A stretch of 55,640 nt of DNA, filler included, from Sphacelaria rigidula (Eukaryota): assembly GCA_964200075.2 (NCBI GenBank). It is 6 parts of 6 records of this genome, joined end to end, with 100 filler letters (N's around TTAATTAATTAA, not from the genome) between each part and the next. Parts side by side here need not be neighbours in the genome. Positions count along the whole stretch, not along the records: positions 9,292 to 18,481 come from CAXNAA020009090.1; positions 18,582 to 27,771 come from CAXNAA020009091.1; 4 more parts are not named here. One strand, given 5' to 3'. A program made the translations under genes and the position numbers. The notes below the pieces were generated by a model. The model saw only the letters and a list, made by a program, of their open reading frames with translations, was not told the origin of the DNA and did not search any database. Shown here in pieces: positions 13,703 through 25,936 of this stretch (its first letter is position 1; each line of letters starts with the position of its first letter).

Positions 13703-13838
13703 ATGAGGAAGGCCTCGAAGGGGGCGGTAGTGCGGTCTATAGATCCCAAGGTCGTGGAGTTTGTGGAATCAGCCGGCGACGGGAACGTCTCCAAGGTCAA
13801 GAAGTTCATCAAGTCTGGCAAAGTCGAGATCGATGACG
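13703..13838 (+). CDS. Probable first coding exon of an ankyrin-repeat protein
   Basis: ATG at 13703 with in-frame stops upstream. MRKASKGAVVRSIDPKVVEFVESAGDGNVSKVKKFIKSGKVEIDD fits a first ankyrin repeat (A..G....V..L...G..+D). It ends at the donor G|GTGCGC (13839, phase 1). Confidence 0.6.
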
Positions 13839-15958
13839 GTGCGCGCGAAAAAGCTGGGAGGCTGTTGTTCCCACAGAAGAAATGTAGAATTGTTTTTCGG
13901 AATAGGGTGCATATTCTGAGGTTGAGGTCGGGCCAGCTCTGGCTATTCTGAGCAGGGGCGACGCGGGGGAAGGGGGGCTGAGTTAGGCTGTACGCTGACG
14001 ATATAACCACCGACATCCGGTCCCCAGTTGGGCGTGATGGACAAATACTAACTGTACTGTTGTGTTCGGTCAGTACACTACAGACAGTATACCGACTGTA
14101 CTGTAACACAAACACGCGTGCGGAACTCCATTTACGTCAACAACGGCATCTGGCATCCATCATTCATCCGCCCGGCCACACACCTTGCACATATTTTCTG
14201 TCTGTTGTCCGCTCTAGTCATGTATTAATCTGTATACCTGTACTGCTACGGTTCTGTACGTATTTTATTTCACATTGACCGCCATCTGGGTCGTATATAA
14301 GTGTTCATATTTCGAGTGACAATGATGCCGATTCTGAAAGATAAAGATAACCAACCCACCGTCGGCGGTGAAAGGGTCAATGTAAGCATATAAAATTGCT
14401 TTGCCCGACGTAGTGGGGTTGAGTTGGCAATACGACCGGCCATTTTTACTACAGCTCGAAACAACACCGAGTAGAAGTAGTGCAGTATAAAGCATTTTTA
14501 GCACACAGTTTGAAATTTGATCCTTTCCGGACTGGTCCAGACGGTGCAAAGAAGCATATTTCATATTTCATCCTTTGTTGAGATGAAAACGGTATCATCG
14601 TTGCAGGCTGCAGTTCGGTGGTGGGGTCCACAGCGAACATTTCAGCGTCTCGTGATCGTCTGTCGTGTTTACGGCACCAAGAGAAGATACGGAATCAGCG
14701 AGGCCTGTAGCGCACCGACGGTAGTAAAGTGTTGGTGTGGCGCAGTGCGCAGAGCAATTCATCTGTGAACAGGACGGGTGAGCTCCATGCGTGGACCCAT
14801 TCTGAGTTATTTACGATGATCGTGGTGGTGGGAAGGTCCGCAGAATCGTTCCATCTTGCACAACCGAGCAATGCAACTCACGAAATGAACGTTGAGGCCA
14901 CAAAATCCCTCATCAGGAGCTTTGATCAGTGCCGACTGCTGACCAGAGTGGATGCAATCGTCAAGGGGCTGGGGTATGTACAAATGAAGAAGAATACGGG
15001 CGACGAGGAAGATCGATTTCGCCGTGTCATACCGTACGCTACGGAGAATACCACCTGGTAATGGGGAAAAAAAATTCAACGTCGATTTTTTCCCAAACCG
15101 CGGCGGCACACGTCCCCGAGCGTCCTGTTGTTGACTCGTTGACCGTTCAAGGCTTTCCGTTCCGAGAATCCGGATGACAGTCCCGTGGATATATGGTTTA
15201 TCATGTTTGTATACGTCAATGACCCCGTCATTGACCGCGGGCGCTAAGTAGATAAACATACCGTCTCTCTTTTCGCAGTGAAGCTGGTCTAGCGGTTTAG
15301 GTCCATGGGATGAGTGGGTGGGCTGCAGTTTTGGGGGCGTCTGCAACACGCAGCGTATCACTCGCAGCTGCAGCTGCCGGCCCACCGTAAGCTGTGACTT
15401 GTAAAAGCTTTGTACATGCCATACCACACGCTGTGAAGAGACAAGACGGCACTGAGACGGCAATATGCTGCTGGTTGTGGGCTTACAGGCATATGTTTGT
15501 GAGTAGTATGTGGCATATTCGTGGCAACGTCTATTTCTGTGTCGGCATCGTCTCTTTCTCGAGTCATAACTATTCCGAACTCTCATCGTACGGGTACCCA
15601 TTCAGCGTCAAATAACGGTCCGGGCGTTTAAGGCATGAACGAAGAGGTAGATGTCGAGGGTGTTCCTTTCGTCGCCAGGGTGTGTCCATCTGTCGACTCG
15701 GTATCATGCGCACTTGGAACATGATTACTGGGTGCAGGTGCTAGGTGTCCATCTCACAGTATTATAGTAGATCTTGCCGAATTGGTCGTACACAATGAAT
15801 GAGTAAGGTCCCCTCCCTTCTCAAGGTTCTCAAGGGTTGATATTCAAGAGTTTCGGAAGACGTTTTTCCCCATCCAATAGTCAGAGTGGAAGAAGAAGTA
15901 GTCGGTAACGGTTCACAGATCACTCTGATTTTTTTCAAGAGCAAGTTTTTCAGCGTCA

Positions 15959-16565
15959 GGGCATGTCTCAGCACATTATTTTTCAGGGCTATACACGTCA
16001 CACGTTCACGTTCACGTTGAGTTCATCACGTGAAAAAAATTAACGTTCACGGTACGTGACGTGTGTCACATGAAAATATATAACGTTACGTTCACGTTAC
16101 GTTTCGGCCAAAACGTAACTGAACGTAACGTGTAAAGCTATGAAACGTGTGACGTGTATAGCGCTGGCTATACATGTACACGTCCACGTGCACGTTACGT
16201 TCATCACGTAAATAAAAATTAACGTTCACGTCACGTGACGTGACGTATGTCACGTAAAAAAAAGATAACGTTTCGTTAACGTTACATTTGATCATTTAAC
16301 GTTACGTTTACGTGAAAAAAAAATTAACGTTCACGTTATTTTTCGGCCAAAACGTAACGTGTAACGCCATGGCACGTGTAACGTGTGTAGCCCTGTTGGT
16401 TTTCGATCGAGAATGTGCGGTGAAAAGGGAAAGTCCGATCTGATGGGTCGTGATTTCAACTGTTGTGGTTTATTTCGAAGATGGATGAAATCACCACCTA
16501 TCAGATCCAAATATTTGTTACTACCGCGCTTTTTCGATCGAAAAATAATATGCTAAGAAACGCCC
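15959..16565. mobile_element. Older fold-back MITE (PIF/Harbinger-like) interrupted by a younger MITE
   Basis: Left GGGCATGTCTCAGCACATTATTTT..TCGATCG pairs with right CGATCGAAAAATAATATGCTAAGAAACGCCC. Inner arms GATCTGATGGGTCGTGATTTCA and TGAAATCACCACCTATCAGATC also pair. 3-bp flanks are TCA and TCG. Confidence 0.65.
15984..16395. mobile_element. hAT-type MITE packed with ACGT motifs
   Basis: 22-bp TIR CAGGGCTATACACGTCACACGT / ACGTGTAACGTGTGTAGCCCTG with 2 mismatches. Degenerate 8-bp TSD TTATTTTT / TTGGTTTT. The interior is built from AACGTT/CACGTG words. Confidence 0.8.
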
Positions 16566-16849
16566 TCGGAGTGCCGTCCGCACCTCTTCACTGAAAACCG
16601 TTGTTCCTCTTCAGAGTTTATAGCGGAACGAAAAAGAACCAGGCCCACCTTCTCCACTATGGTCACGGCCAATCCAAAGCCAACACAGCCTAACAAGCAA
16701 ATTGGGCCATTCACGAAGTAGAAAAGCTTGGCGTCGCAATCAGAAGACCTCCCTGACGCCGCCATGGTATTTGTGTTGCGTGAAAATTCAATTGCTCGGC
16801 GAGTACATGACGTTGCCTTGGGTGCAGAGCCTCACTCTTGCCAGTTCAG

Positions 16850-17381
16850 CTGGAAAAAGACGGTGTGAACGATTCGTAGTCTGAAGCGGACAAGCAGCAC
16901 TACACCTGGCTGCATTGCCATTTGGTAAGAGATCATGACGTCTTGCACCACCGTCATGGGTGGCATGTTGGAAAATCGTCACAATGCACCCTTGTCTGTC
17001 ATTTGAAAGTTCTGCGTACTGTACTACCGTCTTTACAACTGTCTGTACTGTATCGCTGTAGTTCACCGAACGTACCGCAATGTACTGTTGCAGGGTTCTG
17101 CATTGCACTCTCTGTACTACACTCTGCACAGCACTAAAATGCCCTGTGGTGCGCCGAAGTGGATTGAAGTACTGCAGGTGCAGTGAAGCGTAGTGTACCG
17201 TACGTATGGTGCCCCAGGGTACGGTACCGTCAGTGCTGTACCGGCCTATGCATTTTCGAACCGGACACTGGTCGATGGTACATTTGGCGGGGCAACCTGC
17301 GGCCAATCACTGCGGCAAGAAAACCACGTCAAGCCACGTCACATCAGCTTCAGCTATGAAGTTTCAAAGCTTGCACTGTAG
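16850..17381 (+). pseudogene. Decayed ankyrin-repeat exons
   Basis: 16885-16924 reads SGQAALHLAALPF-G, then the donor GTAAGA, with TGA just upstream. 17264 onward continues in the matching phase as (G)HWSMVHL, but the acceptor reads AACCG instead of AACAG. The joined LHLAA..GH..MV.L fits the ankyrin consensus. Confidence 0.4.
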
Positions 17382-17871
17382 ACGCTGACTCAATGATGAG
17401 AAGAAAAAACCTCTTTCGAAACTCCCTATTTTATTCGTAGATTTTTTTTCTGAATGTAAACCTCGACATGAGTAACGAGAAATCTTCAGGTGAAGACTAT
17501 ACCAAGGGGACATTGATGCGGCCCTGCGGCCGCGCGCCGAATTTGAGGCGATTTCGGCCCGCAGCGTCGAACAGTATCCCGGCGATCGCAGGCTTCCCGC
17601 TCAAGTTATCAGTTTTAAAAGCCGCGAGGTGTGCTGAGACCTGGGGTTTTGCTGGTTCGGCGAGGTTGCCAGGTTGACCCCGTCGCCGTAGATGTGCTGT
17701 ATATATGGTGTGTATATCGACTTGCCACCACGTCCCGGCGGGTCTGACCATGAACGATATCCGGATTTCGTGTCGACTTCGGTGCCGTTGTGACGGAAGA
17801 GCAATACCTTTGAGTAATATCGAGTCCTGCTCTAATAAATGGGGGGGGGGGTTATCGTAGCAATAATTAGT

Positions 17872-17978
17872 CCCTCTAGCGCCAGAGGTGTCGATTTGTG
17901 GAATCGGCATCATTTTCACTGGAAAATGGACTAAAAGTGGCGCCGATCTCACAATTGAAGACCTCTGGCGCTACAGGG
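17872..17978. mobile_element. Small MITE related to the piggyBac-type element at 32554
   Basis: TIR CCCTCTAGCGCCAGAGGT / ACCTCTGGCGCTACAGGG. The internal GAATCGGCATCATTTT is shared with 32554-32676. The TTAA TSD is not intact. Confidence 0.65.
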
Positions 17979-18481
17979 ATTTTAACTCGATGTCTTGTCT
18001 GTTCGAGGTTCAAGTAAGTGTGCAGACGCCCCTGCTATAAAACATCAAACCGCGTTCTTCGAAGTCCCCCAGCGCATCATAACTAAGAAGGGGAATGACG
18101 CGAAGATGGTCCACAATGCTCAACCGCCCTTATCCGGCCGAAGGCCTACACCGCCCCCCCTCGGCTGTAAGCCCTAATTCGCAAGTAGTGTACAAATACT
18201 GTATTATAACGAGGAACGAGGCAGCTGCGCGTCCCTACGTCGTTCTCTCTCAGGCCACGAGATTATCTACTGAAAAAATCAGTTTCTGTTTTACTCGAAA
18301 TGATCTTCCAAGGACAAGCAGACAGACAACAGAGTTGTCGGCGGTGTGTGGTCACGCTGTGCTGCGGCCTTGTGTACATGAACGCTGAGAAGGCCGATCC
18401 TTTCAGCGCTACCACACCGCAGAAGGAAGGTGGGGTACTAAAAACAACTAAAAAAGAAAAAGCTCCTGTGTTGGCCTTCCT

Positions 18482-18581
18482 NNNNNNNNNNNNNNNNNNN
18501 NNNNNNNNNNNNNNNNNNNNNNNNNTTAATTAATTAANNNNNNNNNNNNNNNNNNNNNNNNNNNNNNNNNNNNNNNNNNNN
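18482..18581. other. Artificial contig spacer
   Basis: 44 N + TTAATTAATTAA + 44 N. Confidence 0.99.
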
Positions 18582-18630
18582 ACGACTAAGGCAAGCAATA
18601 AGTGCGTCCGCCCCCCCCCCCCCCCCTCCC
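18582..18630 (+). mobile_element. LINE extreme 3' end with poly-C tail
   Basis: ACGACTAAGGCAAGCAATAAGTGCGTCCG followed by a C-run, the same terminus as the other copies. Confidence 0.7.
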
Positions 18631-21007
18631 CGGGGGGGGGCTCCTCAAAATGAGTCCGTGGTCTCGGGGGATATCGACTCATCTCCCCCCTGCACCTGGT
18701 TTCCACCTATTGTCGAGAATTGGATCATGATGATGAGTATTATATCCACAGCCCGTCGATATATTTGATGAGTCGCGTTTTTACGCTTCTTCCCGACCAG
18801 GACCTGTAAAACACACCATTACTGCACCGCGGCACTCTGAACACACTACTTGTACCCCTCGCAAACTCGCCGGTTATGTACCAGCTTGACCACTGAGGCG
18901 TGGCGGGTTGTACAGACGGCATGTGACGAGTTGCAGGAAATGGGGAACACACTATTTTTTTTCCTCTTTTCGCACTGCACGAGTTTTCGACTCATCATTC
19001 CTGCGATATTTCGACGACCGCGGAGTATTTGTGCCCCACGCCCGCCCCCGCCCCCGCCCCCCCTGGCATCTTACCCCCAGGGATGGCTTTATACGTGCAG
19101 AGTTTGTCGTTTTTGAAACACAAGCTGTTGGTCTGCATGTAAGGCACCAGTGTCATGCACACGCACGCAACCCGCTATTGACCATTTTGCGCATGAAACC
19201 TGGCCGAACGTACCTCAAAAATGGCCACTGAAAATATTTGAGCAAGAATTGGGGATCACGACATGCGCAGTATGTTGTCATCGGGGGAGGCGGGGCGGGA
19301 GGGGGGGTGACGACGATGGACAGTGATTGCTCAGCTGTGGCGTCGGACTATATGGCGTTGAAAGTAGCTGTCGATATTTACTGTTCCGAAAAGATGGCCT
19401 CGCGCCCGACGAGTTGGAAAACGGGTACTGGAGATAATGAAGTGCGCTTGACTTTTTTCCCTATTTTCTTGATTTCTCAAGAAAAAAATACGTCTCAAAA
19501 AACGGGACTACATTGAAGGCCGCATGCTCAATCCTTTGTTCATCGTCATGTTTTCAACCCTCCTCTGTGTGGAAGACGAGCATCATTGAACGCTCATATA
19601 TATATGATTGAACATGAATATCTACGTCGTATCTCTCTCTGTATGTATACATGTCAACTGGACTACCTCATGCATGGGACGACATCTAGGACCCGACTGC
19701 CGTCAGGGCAAGACCACACGGCTGTCGTCGCCCTGCCTCAGCTGGAGACTCGAGGACCGGCAGGTAACTCACCGCGTGTTACCCCGTACAACAAACCGTA
19801 GGGAGGACCTATTTTGTCCGCTTAATTGTTGTGTGGAGATCTTCTGTATTTCGACTGCGAGCCTGAGTGAAAGGTCAAATGTAACGGGAAGAAATGAAGC
19901 TTTGAAATGGAAACGACGAGCACATCAGAGTCTGAAGCAGGAATATGCTCGGCATTACGTGTCCTTTGTTGTTGTCGATGATCAACCTTTGGCGGTGTAG
20001 TAGTGATGTGTTCTGGTCCAGAGGTAGAGTACACATGTTGATCGATCAAATTCATGCCTTTTCCGCGACTGATTTGGACCATGAGCGAGCGAACGGTGTT
20101 GCAGTAAAAGACCCCAAATCCTTCTCGTTAAGTCAACCCGACGACTTTTCACCAACTATGCAGGAGTGTAAACGAATAACTTCCGGCCCCCCAGATAGAT
20201 GTGGTAAAATACTCGGCAATATGATCGGGGCAAATACTGATCGAGTATACCATTGAGGGCCATAAACATACAAACGTAAGAAGCGTTTCTCATCCAATTC
20301 CAACATACCATGTACAACACGTAGCACACAGCAAAATCTCCATTTAGTGGGGTCTGCATTATCTATGGAGACAATATGAGCCGGACTAAAGATTGAAGCA
20401 AACACATTGCCCAGAAAGCTATCCTTGTATGCTGACCCTGAGTTCTAGCCGACCTCTCAGGAACGTTTTCCCACACGTTTTATCAGGTTACCTTGACCAC
20501 CCCCCGAATGATCCACTCGACCGTTGTACCCAATGTTCTGAACATAGTTCCCGATTGGAATTTGGACTATGAGGGGACACAGCTGTCGCAGATGTCGTAT
20601 GTGAATTGTATATTATAGTATTGGAACGAGCGCATCGAGCAGAAATCTACCGTATACACCTGCCATGTAAAATGATATTAGGAGGGCTCAGACAAGGCTT
20701 CATTTTTCGCGAGTCTCGAAATTCCCTTGACTCGAAACCTGAACGGGAAAAACGGGTCTTGCAAGGGAATGAACGTTGATTGGACAGTCAACAAGGGTAA
20801 TACCGTTACTCTGATCTCCGAGTAGGGTATCTCAGGCATCCTTACTGAAGCCGTGACCGTGGACCGCGGTGACCTCCTCAACTCCAGTACCCGTGCATCG
20901 CCCCTTGACTCCTCCAGCCCCCTCCAACGCAGCCACCTTGTCACAAGTTCGAAAGGCCTGACCCCAGACGGACCACTACGTCCACGCCCTCCGCCTACCC
21001 TCCCCAA

Positions 21008-21009
<2 letters not shown>

Positions 21010-21056
<47 letters not shown>
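21010..21056. repeat. (GT)n microsatellite
   Basis: Perfect GT run. Confidence 0.95.
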
Positions 21057-21060
<4 letters not shown>

Positions 21061-21270
21061 TGTATTTGCGAGAGCCGACGTGTCCGAGCGCACAAGCTCA
21101 AGAAGCAAATAATACGCTTTCAAGACATAGATCCTAACATACCCACGCTCTTCCTCCTATACCCCCGTCGCACTTCCGCTCACCCACGCCTGGAAACCAC
21201 ACTCCTACTTCTTCTTGGCGGAAACAAACGAACACAATGGTTGGCATCAACCACGACACCAGCAGAACAG

Positions 21271-21536
21271 CAGGGCGCAGGCAGTATCAACAGCGTCTAG
21301 AGAGCGCGTACGCGACCCAGATGCGAGCCATGCTGAGGTTACAGAATAGAAACGGGAATTCAGGCAAACCTTCGCCCGACCGACCCGCGTCAGGAGGTTG
21401 TCAGGGTGTTGCAGCGGGGCAGTTCCGATCTCGACACTCGGGAATGGACCAGTTCGTCTTGACTCACAGGATGGGGGGAGTGGGGATGGGGCCGTCGTCT
21501 AGTCGGTTTGGAGGGGGTGTTGCGTTTTATGGTTGA
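21271..21536 (+). CDS. Possible terminal coding exon of an unidentified gene
   Basis: An A/C-rich tract ends in several CAG candidates (21270, 21273, 21280). The open frame GRRQYQQRLESAYATQMRAMLRLQNRNG..MGGVGMGPSSSRFGGGVAFYG runs to TGA at 21534-21536. No domain recognised. Confidence 0.3.
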
Positions 21537-21695
21537 AAGACGAGGGCCCATCGGTGCATCGAATGATCGGCCTCCGAGGAGTGGAATAGATGGTCTTTCC
21601 CGTCTCTCTCCTTGTAAGAACTACTGCTTCTACCACCGCTGTTGCTTGCTGTGCCAGAACCGACGAGTATACGCATTGTTTTGGTGTTGGTTTTC

Positions 21696-22526
21696 AGTGT
21701 TGAATGTATACATATACTAAAGTACTCAGTACTCAGTGCTGCAGAGTACCTGGAGCACCGGCTGGTGACGACACTGAACATCCCCTTTGTACGTGGCGTA
21801 ATGATCCATCCAAAATACCGAGTACTTCAAAGTACCAGAAGTTCCCAACTGCCAAATATCCGTTGTCTCATTCGGGGTACTCAGTAATATACTCAGTGTG
21901 TGTGTTGTGTTGTCATCCCGTCTATTCTGAACGCCAGTCTACACCTTTTGGTATATGGGGGCGCATCAGCCGGGGTCACACAGGAAGAAGGTCAAAACAC
22001 GAGTGTTTCCTCTGTTTTCTTTCGTGTTAGTTCTCCACCTTCGTTCTGCGGTGCTTGCCTTTTTTTTTAATCGCGAGCGGGGTTCAGCACTCTCTTTCCT
22101 TTGTCGACCATGAAGTCGAATTTTGTGTACCGACGACATAGTTACTCTCCACTGTTAGGCATGGTGTGAGAAAAAAATCCCAAATCCTGTGACTGCAGCG
22201 AGATTTGAACCCACGGCACATCCGTCACAAGATTTCGAGGTTACCAACTGAGGAGCCACGTGCCACCGGAAATACTCAAAATACCGAATGTTCAAGAGCA
22301 CCTAACTGAAGTGCTGATGCGCCTAAAGCACCGAAGACTCCAGGGCACTAGGAGTACCCACCTCCCAAAATACTGGGTGGAGTACTCAGTGAAGTACTCA
22401 ATACCTCCAGTACATGGAGCTCCGGCTCACCGAAACACCGAGTATTTCAGAGCACCTGGAGTATATCGACGGTCGGAGTACTGAGTATTCCAGAGTACGT
22501 GGAGTATGGACAGTCCTGAGCACATT
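21696..22526. mobile_element. AGTACT/GAGTA-motif-rich MITE-like repeat interrupted by a SINE
   Basis: Dense AGTACT/TACTC words on both sides of the SINE at 21896-22270. Termini not resolved. Confidence 0.35.
21896..22270 (-). mobile_element. tRNA-derived SINE family A
   Basis: The reverse complement aligns with 50111-50460: B-box GGTTCAAATCT, shared body and (CA)n tail. Confidence 0.85.
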
Positions 22527-22809
22527 CGCAACAATCGTAGCCCCGCTGGGCTCGAGATATTCTTTGGGCACACTATCGCAGACTACCTTCAATGCACATA
22601 ATCCCGACGACATAGCTGAAAATCTCTTCTCTGCGATTCACGTCCCCAAGGACGAGAGAACAGATACAGTGCGTCCCGCGGTCATCCCCAGCCCTTGACT
22701 CACGTATACTATTCAACCTAAGAACTTTTTGTTCACATTCTCCGAGTGGTTCACCTACGGTCCCGTGTGCGGCGTCTGGCGCCTAGAGAATTGAAAAAAG
22801 GAGGGACGT

Positions 22810-23381
22810 GGGTGGACGAGAATGGCTGCTATGGGGTGGTGCGTACACTAGACTATCGCCTTCGAAACATGTTGGAACCGCTATCGCCGGAGTGAAGGGC
22901 GCGTACGGGACACCACGGTGCTTCGATGGACCGTTTGATTATTTGATCGGTTGTCGAACATTATTAATTTGTGATCTCCGGTTAACGATGCATACGATTG
23001 GGTCACTGCGGGCGAAGAACATGGGCAAATGGCATATTGGAGTCGAAAAAGGAGCGGAAGAGTTTGAGGACACGTGGCGACGCGCGTAAAACCGAGAATC
23101 AGACTGCCGCCACAAGCGAGAGACTGCTGCGTCGAGGGTGGCCAATCGAAGAATCCTGTCTGCTCATATCGGCTGTTTGAGTATGCCCTGAGTCGGTGGC
23201 TCTGAGGTGCCCACTGGCGTGTGTCTGTATCTACTCTGCTGCCCTGAATCCTTTGGACTTTTTCCCTTTTTTGATGATTTTACTCGTATTCCATTTGTTT
23301 TGCTCTTTTCTTTCCTCTTATTTTCCTTTTTTATTGTTTTAGGGCGGCCATTTGCTTCTGTGCTTTGCCTTTGATGACTTC

Positions 23382-23457
<76 letters not shown>

Positions 23458-23645
23458 GTTATTTTCATCATTTATTTCACGTCTTAGTCTACCATGTCGT
23501 TCTGTTCGACTGTTTTCTGTTTCTTCTTTTCTTCAGCGAATGTTTCAGTTTTGCCTTTATTGGGTAGGTCTATCATGCGACCACGGCTGGACCCATGGGG
23601 GGTTAGTGAAAGTACGACGATCATCAATTCACCAAATCAATCATC
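22810..23645 (+). mobile_element. Decayed RTE-like LINE 3' end
   Basis: WLLWGGAYTR...AKNMGKWHIGVEKGAEEFEDTWRR resembles RTE C-termini. A T-rich 3' UTR ends in CGACCACGGCTGG..AATCAATCA, a terminus shared with about 33615-33680, 47295-47370 and 51525-51585. Confidence 0.55.
23383..23457. repeat. (ATT)n microsatellite
   Basis: Perfect ATT run. Confidence 0.95.
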
Positions 23646-25936
23646 CGAGGAATCCAGCCGCGGTCACGAGATAGACATGCCCAAGGAAAACAAAACGGAA
23701 GTAAACCATGGAGGAAACTGCACTAATGTGACACACTTACGGTTGGATGCGTGAAAACAAACAAATCAACGAGTAATCTTACGATAGGTGCACTGAGGCT
23801 CCCCTCCGCACGAAACAAAAGAGGTTAATTCGTGTGTTACATACACGGCCTGACACATTCGCGCTTACCTTGGGCCTACTTGCGCGTCCGTGTGTTCATA
23901 CAAGTTGTGTCTAGCGGTATGGACCACGTGTTATATCGACACCACAAACACTCGAGTGAAGCTTGCTGTTCGCAGCAATGCTTCCACGTGGCTCGTTGAG
24001 GCGAGGGGTAGCTCGGAGCAACCCCCCCTCCCTCCCCCTCCGCTTAATCATTCGCATGCAGTAGTACATTCAGATCGGATCCCACTTTATTGCGGTGTAG
24101 TAAAAGCAGAACTTGACCCCTTGTGAGTGGGACTCCGTCTTCAAGTGGACTGGACCCTACCTACCGGAAGAAAAGTGTACAAGTCGATTTTTACCGCTGT
24201 AAAGTGGGGCTTCGTCTGTAGAATGACTGCCGTGAATTGCAGACACCACCCTACGGAAAAAATCCGCGATAGCATTGACACGTATATTGTTGTCTTACAA
24301 CATAAGGACTACCGTTCAAGTTCTACGGTACTGTATATATAGCCGCCGCGTTTCAGGCGAAGCCGTCGGGTACATTTAAGGTCGTGATGATCGCAGATCT
24401 CGCCACTCTGCTTTTGTTCGTGTATGTAGTAGTAGTTTGTGAAAAACTTTCCACCCTGAAAAAACAAAAAAAGTTACCTTGATCGTGGCAAAGGCTTACA
24501 GTAGAACGAAGCATTCTGCCAATGATCAACATTTCTCCTTGTTCGGGGTTTGTTTTGTGATCGCTCAAAATGAAAGTTCAGACGAGCAGGAGGAGGTATT
24601 TTTTTTATAAGCAAATCAACAAAACGATTCAAGAGAAGACAAGAAGAGAAAAAAAGCTCAGTGAAAGAGCTAAATAATGAGTGGACCCTGCTCATAAATC
24701 AAGCCATTTTTCATCGCGGTATATTACATGGTAGTCACTTCCACATTTCCTCTGCCTGTTCACCCTTGCCCACTCACCGTTGCTTTGCCGCCGTGCCCTG
24801 GTGATCCAATGGTCTAACTGGCAACATTATTAGGGCGGGGGAAACGCCGGTTGGATTCCCGCCAGAAAAGTCTCGTTATAGCACTGTTTTTCTCAGGAGT
24901 ACTAGTGTCTGATTAACCATAATAACGAAGACCTACAAAGAACCAAGTATGCGAGCAGCAAAGACTTCTCGCTGAGTTTGTGAGCCGACAGTCGACGCGG
25001 CGGCGCCTTCGTAGGTACGGGTTACGTTAATTAATATAGATCGCTCTGCTTCGCATCACACTTCCAATTTTCCTATCCTTTCTCACATTGAAATGGAATG
25101 GAAAAGGGACAGAAGAGACAGACGCCCTCAATGAAGAAAAGCAAGAACGGCATACAAGCAGAGGAAGGGACGGAAAGAAAGTAAGGGTCATAGATTGACG
25201 ATGACAATTCTCTCGCGCATCGCACCACGCAGATTCCAGACATTATCATTCTAGTCCGAGTGACGTCCTTCCTCGTGCGCAAGGGTGCGCAGGAAGGCGG
25301 AGCTGAGACCGGAGTCGTCGCTCGGCAAGTTCCCGCTAGGTTCTCTCGATCTATCCCTGGCCACTACTTGTAGATCCGTCTTGACATACACGTACAACAC
25401 GTGCCTCCCGGAATGCCAGTGGGCATCGAACGAGGCAAACGCGCTAGTACCACCCCTAGTAGTGCAATGGTACTTGAGCCATTTCCGCTGCAAACGGAAC
25501 TGCGTGACGTAGTGGGCGCCCACCCAGATGAGTTACACAACCGAGATCAAGGAGTACTCTACGCCTAAAGAGAGAGTCTCGGACGCGTCGCGGGGAATGC
25601 CAACGACTGCATCGACGGCATGTGCATGTAGCACTGCGCGTGTACATGCCGTGGTCTGTTCGCATTATTATGATGCTTCGTCACTATTGGGGGTGGTGGG
25701 TGAATTCAGAAATGTGTTCGTTTTTAGACTGGCGGGTCTGCTCAAACGTAGTATGGAACTGGTTCTATGGTACAGGCAGATATACGCCGGCCGGAAATGA
25801 ACTATATTTCTAGTACATTTATTCACGCAAAAAGCAAATCCACCTATTATATAGCTGGATTCTTATTTCCACTGTGACCTTTTATCATGACCGATCCCGC
25901 GTTGATTTTTTCTAATTCGGGAGCCCACATTTTTTT

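Noticed and set aside
14773..14777. 5-nt microexon (AACAG|GACGG|GTGAGC) in the ankyrin locus
   Set aside because: The splice signals look good, but including it does not restore the frame to the 16885 segment.
14807..15601. 264-aa minus-strand ORF
   Set aside because: No recognisable domain or splice structure, and it lies antisense between the ankyrin-like exons.
20156..20359. Ulp1/C48 peptidase remnant (QTPLNGDFAVC)
   Set aside because: The catalytic Q..NG.DCG pattern is only loosely matched and no His-Trp motif was found.
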